A DNA stretch of 64,000 nt from contig CAXXXW010000001.1 of assembly GCA_963665555.2 (NCBI GenBank), forward strand, positions 1,914 to 65,913. The letters are read 5' to 3'. Both the position numbers and the translations under genes were made by a program. Under the pieces are notes generated by a model. The model ran no database searches and had not been told where the DNA came from. It saw only the letters and a list, made by a program, of their open reading frames with translations. The DNA comes from Thalassobaculaceae bacterium (GTDB lineage: Bacteria > Pseudomonadota > Alphaproteobacteria > Thalassobaculales > Thalassobaculaceae). Each line of letters begins with the position of its first letter. The stretch's first letter is position 1. Shown piece after piece: positions 58,645-64,000 of this stretch.

Positions 58645-59208
58645 TCATCCGCAGCGCAGGAAGAACAGCGCCCAGGGCCACATCAGCTCCTCCTCGTCGG
58701 TGGCCGGCCGGTCGCCCGGCGGGTCGAAAACCAGCCAGAGCGGGCCGCGCCCGCCGATGTCGAGCGGGCGGCCGTTCGACCGCGTGGCCAGCACCCAGTC
58801 GCGCGCCGCGATCTCTTCGGCCGGGATTTCGGTGGAGAACCCGTCGAGCGCCAGCGTCGCCAGCGGCTTGCCGACGCAGCCCGCCGCCGCCAGCACATCG
58901 GCCAGCCGCGGGCCCGAGAAGGTTTTCGGCGCGATCCACTGGTGGAATTCGATGCCGATTTCCGTCTCGCCGAGGCTCTCCAGCATGGCGCGGTCGAAGG
59001 CGAACGCCTTCTCGAAACCCGTCTCGTGGTAGCCGAGGAAGGCGTCGCGCCGCGCGTCGAAGGGCGGCCGGTTGGTCCTGTCGATGTCGCCCGCGACGAC
59101 CAGCACGGTGTCGCCGACCGGCCCGTCCGCGACATCGGCGGCGACAGCCGGCCCGGCAAGCGCGAGCGCGAAGGCGGCGGCGATGGCGAGGGCGGCGGAG
59201 GTCTTCAT
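58645..59208 (-). CDS. Small periplasmic protein resembling an oxidoreductase molybdopterin-binding domain.
   Basis: Signal peptide MKTSAALAIAAAFALALAGPAVA. FSGPRLADVLAAAG, LALDGFSTEIPAEE, WVLATRSNGRPL...GPLWLVFDP. This is the only real part of the 989-aa ORF-track entry. Confidence 0.6.
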   Translation of the reverse strand: MKTSAALAIAAAFALALAGPAVAADVADGPVGDTVLVVAGDIDRTNRPPFDARRDAFLGYHETGFEKAFAFDRAMLESLGETEIGIEFHQWIAPKTFSGPRLADVLAAAGCVGKPLATLALDGFSTEIPAEEIAARDWVLATRSNGRPLDIGGRGPLWLVFDPPGDRPATDEEELMWPWALFFLRCG

Positions 59209-59271
59209 TACGGCATCCTTTCCGAAACGCCCGTTCGGGCGCGGTTGAGGGCGAGGCCCCCGAAACCGATA

Positions 59272-60549
59272 ATGTCCAAAGCGGTCGAGGCCGCAAGGCG
59301 GAAAGGCGAGGCGATGGCGGCGGATGGAACCGGCGGCGCGGCGGCGGGGGCGGAGGTCGCGCCGGGGTTCGACCTTCGAGCGCTCCCGCCCGGTTTCCTC
59401 GACGATCCCTATCCCGTCTACCGGGCGCTTCGCGAGCGCGCGCCGGTGCACCGCTGCCCGGACGGGTCGGTGTTCCTGACGCGCTGGCGCGATGTCGACG
59501 CGGTCTATCGCGACCGCCGCTTCTCCTCCGACAAGAAGGTCGAGTTCCGGCCGAATTTCGGCGACGGGCCGTTGTACGAGCACCACACGACGAGCCTGGT
59601 CTTCAACGACCCGCCGCTGCACACCCGCGTGCGCCGCCTGCTCATGCCGGCCTTCGCGCCGCGCGCGCTCAAGGCGCTGGAGCCGAGGCTCGACGCGCTG
59701 GTGGACGGACTGCTCGACCGGATCGCGGAGAAGGGCCGCTTCGACCTGGTCGCCGACCTCGCCGCCGCCATCCCGGTGCGGGTGATCGGCGACCTTTTGC
59801 GCGTGCCGGAGGCGGAGCGCGGCCCGCTGCGCGGCTGGTCGCTGGCGATCCTCGGCGCGCTGGAGCCGACCCTGCCGGACGACGCGCGCCGCCGCGGCGA
59901 AAGGGCGGTGCGGGAATTCTCGGCCTGGCTGGAGGACCTGGTCGCGCGCCGCGCCCGCGCGCCCGCCGCCGAGGGGCCGGACGTGCTCGCCGCCCTGATC
60001 GCCGGCGGGGGCGGCGACCGGCTGACGCTCCCGGAACTGGTGCACAACTGCATCTTCCTGCTGAACGCCGGCCACGAGACCACCACCAACCTCATCTGCA
60101 ACGGCGTCGCGGCGCTGATGGACAATCCGGGCGAACTGGCCCGGCTGCGCGCCGATCCCGGCCTGGTCGGCCCGGCGGTGGAAGAGTTCCTGCGCTACGA
60201 AAGCTCCAACCAGCTGGGCAACCGGCGCGCGGCGGCGGAGGTCGAGATCGGCGGGACGCGGCTTGCCGCCGGCACGCCGGTCACGCTGTGCATCGGCGCG
60301 GCGAACCGGGACCCGGAGGTCTTCGCCGACCCGGACCGGCTCGACATCGCGCGCGCGCCCAACCCGCATCTCGCCTTCGGCGGCGGCGCGCACACCTGCG
60401 CCGGGATGAGCCTCGCGCGGATGGAGGGCCGCGCGGCGATCGGCGGCCTGGTCCGCCGCTTCGCCCGGCTGGAGCGCGACGGCCCGTTCGTCCGGGGCGG
60501 GCGCGCCCGCTTCCGCGGCTTCCTCGGCTACCCGATGCGCGCGGCCTAG
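59272..60549 (+). CDS. Cytochrome P450. Alternative start at ATG 59314.
   Basis: I-helix NAGHETTTN, ExxR EEFLRYES, heme loop FGGGAHTCAGMSLAR. Confidence 0.88.
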   Translation: MSKAVEAARRKGEAMAADGTGGAAAGAEVAPGFDLRALPPGFLDDPYPVYRALRERAPVHRCPDGSVFLTRWRDVDAVYRDRRFSSDKKVEFRPNFGDGPLYEHHTTSLVFNDPPLHTRVRRLLMPAFAPRALKALEPRLDALVDGLLDRIAEKGRFDLVADLAAAIPVRVIGDLLRVPEAERGPLRGWSLAILGALEPTLPDDARRRGERAVREFSAWLEDLVARRARAPAAEGPDVLAALIAGGGGDRLTLPELVHNCIFLLNAGHETTTNLICNGVAALMDNPGELARLRADPGLVGPAVEEFLRYESSNQLGNRRAAAEVEIGGTRLAAGTPVTLCIGAANRDPEVFADPDRLDIARAPNPHLAFGGGAHTCAGMSLARMEGRAAIGGLVRRFARLERDGPFVRGGRARFRGFLGYPMRAA

Positions 60550-61442
60550 CGGAACACGGCGTCGAGGGCGCCGCGGCGGCGCTCGCCCCACAGGTTCAGC
60601 AGGTTGCCGGCGAAGATCACCGTGCCGCCGAGCAGGATCGCCCAGTCCAGCCCCTCGCCGTAGAACAGGAAGCCGACGGCCGCGATCAGCGGCAGGCGCA
60701 CGAAGTCGAACGGCGTCACCACCGTCGCCTCGGCCAGCCGGAAGGCGTGCGCGAAGCAGAAATGCGAGCCGAGGCCGCACGCCCCGATCAGCGCGATCCA
60801 CGGCGCCATCGCCATCGACGGAACCGTCCAGTCCGGGACCGACAGCGCCAGCCCGATCGGGAACTGCACGAGGTTCATGTAGAAGACCACCGTCAGCGGC
60901 GACTCCGTCTCCGACATGTGGCGGGTGAACACATAGGTCGAGGCGAAGCCCAGGGCCGCCAGCAGCACGACGAGCGCCGCCGGGTGGACCGCCGCGCCCG
61001 GCCGCAGGATCAGCAGCACGCCGGCGAAGCCGAGCGCGATGGCGGCCACCCGCGCGCCGGTCAGCCGTTCGCGCAGGAACAGGCTCGCCAGGATCGCGGT
61101 CCAGATCGGCGCGGTGAACTCGATGGCGAACACCTCGGCCAGCGGCAGCGCCGCGACGCCGTAGAGCCATCCCGTCTGCGCCCCGAAATGCAGCGTGTTG
61201 CGCGCGAGGTGCTGCCGGAGCTTGCGGGTGCGCACGCGGCGGAAGCCGACGACCGCCACCAGCGGAAGCAGCACCGCGAGGCAGACGGCGCTGCGCGCGA
61301 AGGCGGCCTGGAAGGCGGTCAGCTCCGCCGCCAGTTCGCGCCCGGCGACGGCCATGCCCGACAGGCACAGCAACGCCCCCAGCATCCAGAGCCAGGCCAG
61401 CGCGAGGTTGCGCGGGCGGCGGTCGGTCGCGGTCGCGGTCAT
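60546..61442 (-). CDS. DMT-superfamily (EamA-type) transporter.
   Basis: About 10 TM helices in a two-repeat EamA architecture. ATG at 61442 (MTATATDRRPRNLALAWLWMLGALL). Confidence 0.8.
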   Translation of the reverse strand: MTATATDRRPRNLALAWLWMLGALLCLSGMAVAGRELAAELTAFQAAFARSAVCLAVLLPLVAVVGFRRVRTRKLRQHLARNTLHFGAQTGWLYGVAALPLAEVFAIEFTAPIWTAILASLFLRERLTGARVAAIALGFAGVLLILRPGAAVHPAALVVLLAALGFASTYVFTRHMSETESPLTVVFYMNLVQFPIGLALSVPDWTVPSMAMAPWIALIGACGLGSHFCFAHAFRLAEATVVTPFDFVRLPLIAAVGFLFYGEGLDWAILLGGTVIFAGNLLNLWGERRRGALDAVFR

Positions 61443-61538
61443 GGGGTCCGAATCGCGGTGGAGCCGTGTCGGGGGCCGCCCGGCGCCGGCGCGCGCGACG
61501 GGCCGGCGGATACCATACCGAATTCGTCCGATTAACTG

Positions 61539-61567
61539 TTGAACTTTCGCGCCGCGCCGGATATGCA
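61539..61567 (+). promoter_or_regulatory. Candidate sigma70-type promoter, within an AT-richer patch (61510-61548), for the Rrf2-suf operon.
   Basis: TTGAAC (61539-61544), a 17-nt spacer, then TATGCA (61562-61567). It lies about 35 nt upstream of ATG 61601. This is the only AT-rich patch in the divergent intergenic region. Confidence 0.25.
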
Positions 61568-61600
61568 TTGCGCCGGAAAACGGCGCGGCGTCGGCGGGCC

Positions 61601-62086
61601 ATGCTGCGACTCAACAGGATGACGGACTACGCGGTGGTGGCGCTGGGGCGCCTGTCGCGCACGCCGGGGGCGGTGCGGACCGCCGCCCAGGTCGCCGAAG
61701 GCGCGGCGATACCCGCGCCGACGGTCGCCAAGCTGCTGCGGCGGATGGCGGGCGCGGGGCTGGTGACCTCGCATCGCGGGGCCAATGGCGGCTACTCGCT
61801 GGACCGCCCGGCGCGGGAGGTGCGGGTGGCGGAGATCGTCGAGGCGCTCGACGGCCCGATCGCGCTCACCGCCTGCGTCGAGGGTGCGGAAGACAGTTGC
61901 GGCGCGGAGGCGCGGTGCCCGATGCGCGGCAACTGGGACCGGGTCAACGACGCGATCCGCGCCGCGCTGGCGGAGGTCAGCCTGGCCGACCTGCTGGACC
62001 CGGCCGGGATGTTCCCGCCGCCGGGCGCGCGGGGCGGGGCCGGGGAGGCGGCGCGGCCGGCCGGCGGCCGGCGGCCGCGCGCATGA
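61601..62086 (+). CDS. Rrf2-family (IscR-like) transcriptional regulator of Fe-S cluster assembly.
   Basis: MLRLNRMTDYAVVALGRL, wHTH VAKLLRRMAGAGLVTSHRGANGGYSL, Cys triad CVEGAEDSCGAEARC. Immediately upstream of sufB. Confidence 0.85.
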   Translation: MLRLNRMTDYAVVALGRLSRTPGAVRTAAQVAEGAAIPAPTVAKLLRRMAGAGLVTSHRGANGGYSLDRPAREVRVAEIVEALDGPIALTACVEGAEDSCGAEARCPMRGNWDRVNDAIRAALAEVSLADLLDPAGMFPPPGARGGAGEAARPAGGRRPRA

Positions 62087-62116
62087 GGACATTCGGAGTT
62101 CCGGGGAGGAGGGATC

Positions 62117-63580
<1,464 letters not shown>

Positions 63581-63614
63581 GCCGGCGGGCCGGGGTATCG
63601 GGAAGGCGGACGCG

Positions 63615-64000
63615 ATGTCGCTGTTGAGGATCGAGAACCTGCGCGCCAGCGTGGACGGCACGGAAATCCCTGCGCGGGATCGACCTGGAGGTCGGCCCGG
63701 GCGAGGTCCACGCCGTCATGGGGCCGAACGGGTTCGGGCAAGAGCACGCTGGCCCATATCCTCGCCGGGCGCGACGGCTACGAGGTTACCGGGGGCTCGG
63801 CGAGCTTCCGGGGGCGCGGACCTGCTGGACATGGAGCCGGACGAGCGGGCGAACCGGGGCCTCTTCCTCGCCTTCCAGTACCCGGTGGAAATCCCCGGCG
63901 TCGCCGGCATGACCTTCCTGCGGGAGGCGTACAACGCGAAGCTGCGCCACGCCGGCCGCGAGGAGGCGACGCGATGGCCTTCCTCAAGCTGGTCCGCGCC
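63615..64000 (+). pseudogene. sufC: Fe-S cluster assembly ATPase SufC (3' end outside the window). The frame is broken by several 1-nt insertions.
   Basis: [18 protein letters not shown] | [21 protein letters not shown] | [27 protein letters not shown] | [28 protein letters not shown] is readable only by hopping frames at about 63668, 63733 and 63815. The Walker A GPNGSGKST motif is itself split. Confidence 0.8.

Overview
This is a high-GC, alphaproteobacteria-like chromosomal segment, densely packed with about 62 protein genes. I found no rRNA, tRNA, CRISPR array, transposase or integrase.

Housekeeping backbone:
- rpmH-rnpA-yidD-yidC-engB, then argB, then pyrimidine nucleotidase-dapD-dapE, all on the minus strand.
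- truA, anmK/tyrS, bcp and hisI.
- A soxBDAG sarcosine oxidase operon, an NfeD/SPFH pair, and an Rrf2 regulator followed by sufB and sufC.

Accessory metabolism:
- PhoX, and an Ldh_2/glpK/SDR group.
- A Rieske dioxygenase alpha/beta pair divergent from an LLM oxidoreductase, a 65-aa ORF and a racemase-superfamily gene.
- A fused indolepyruvate-ferredoxin-oxidoreductase-family protein, a TauD-like dioxygenase, two FAH-family hydrolases and an acyl-CoA synthetase.
- An HcnABC/opine-oxidase/LhpBEF-like three-component flavoenzyme.
- A DUF1194 / Mo-domain-like / P450 group.

Most unusual items:
1. An autotransporter whose passenger looks like two tandem single-Cache-like ligand-binding modules.
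2. A lower-GC PIN-domain gene with an unrecognisable 89-aa partner, wedged between engB and argB.
3. A lower-GC PhyH-family dioxygenase wedged directly after argB.
4. An MntA/HepT toxin-antitoxin pair translationally coupled to the flavoenzyme operon.
5. A degraded toxin-antitoxin remnant next to hisI.

Sequence quality: six genes are frame-broken, mostly at short homopolymers. The last ~1 kb (sufB/sufC) is an indel hotspot. The pattern looks more like sequence error than decay.

Many very long ORFs in the supplied track are GC-driven antisense or out-of-frame artefacts.
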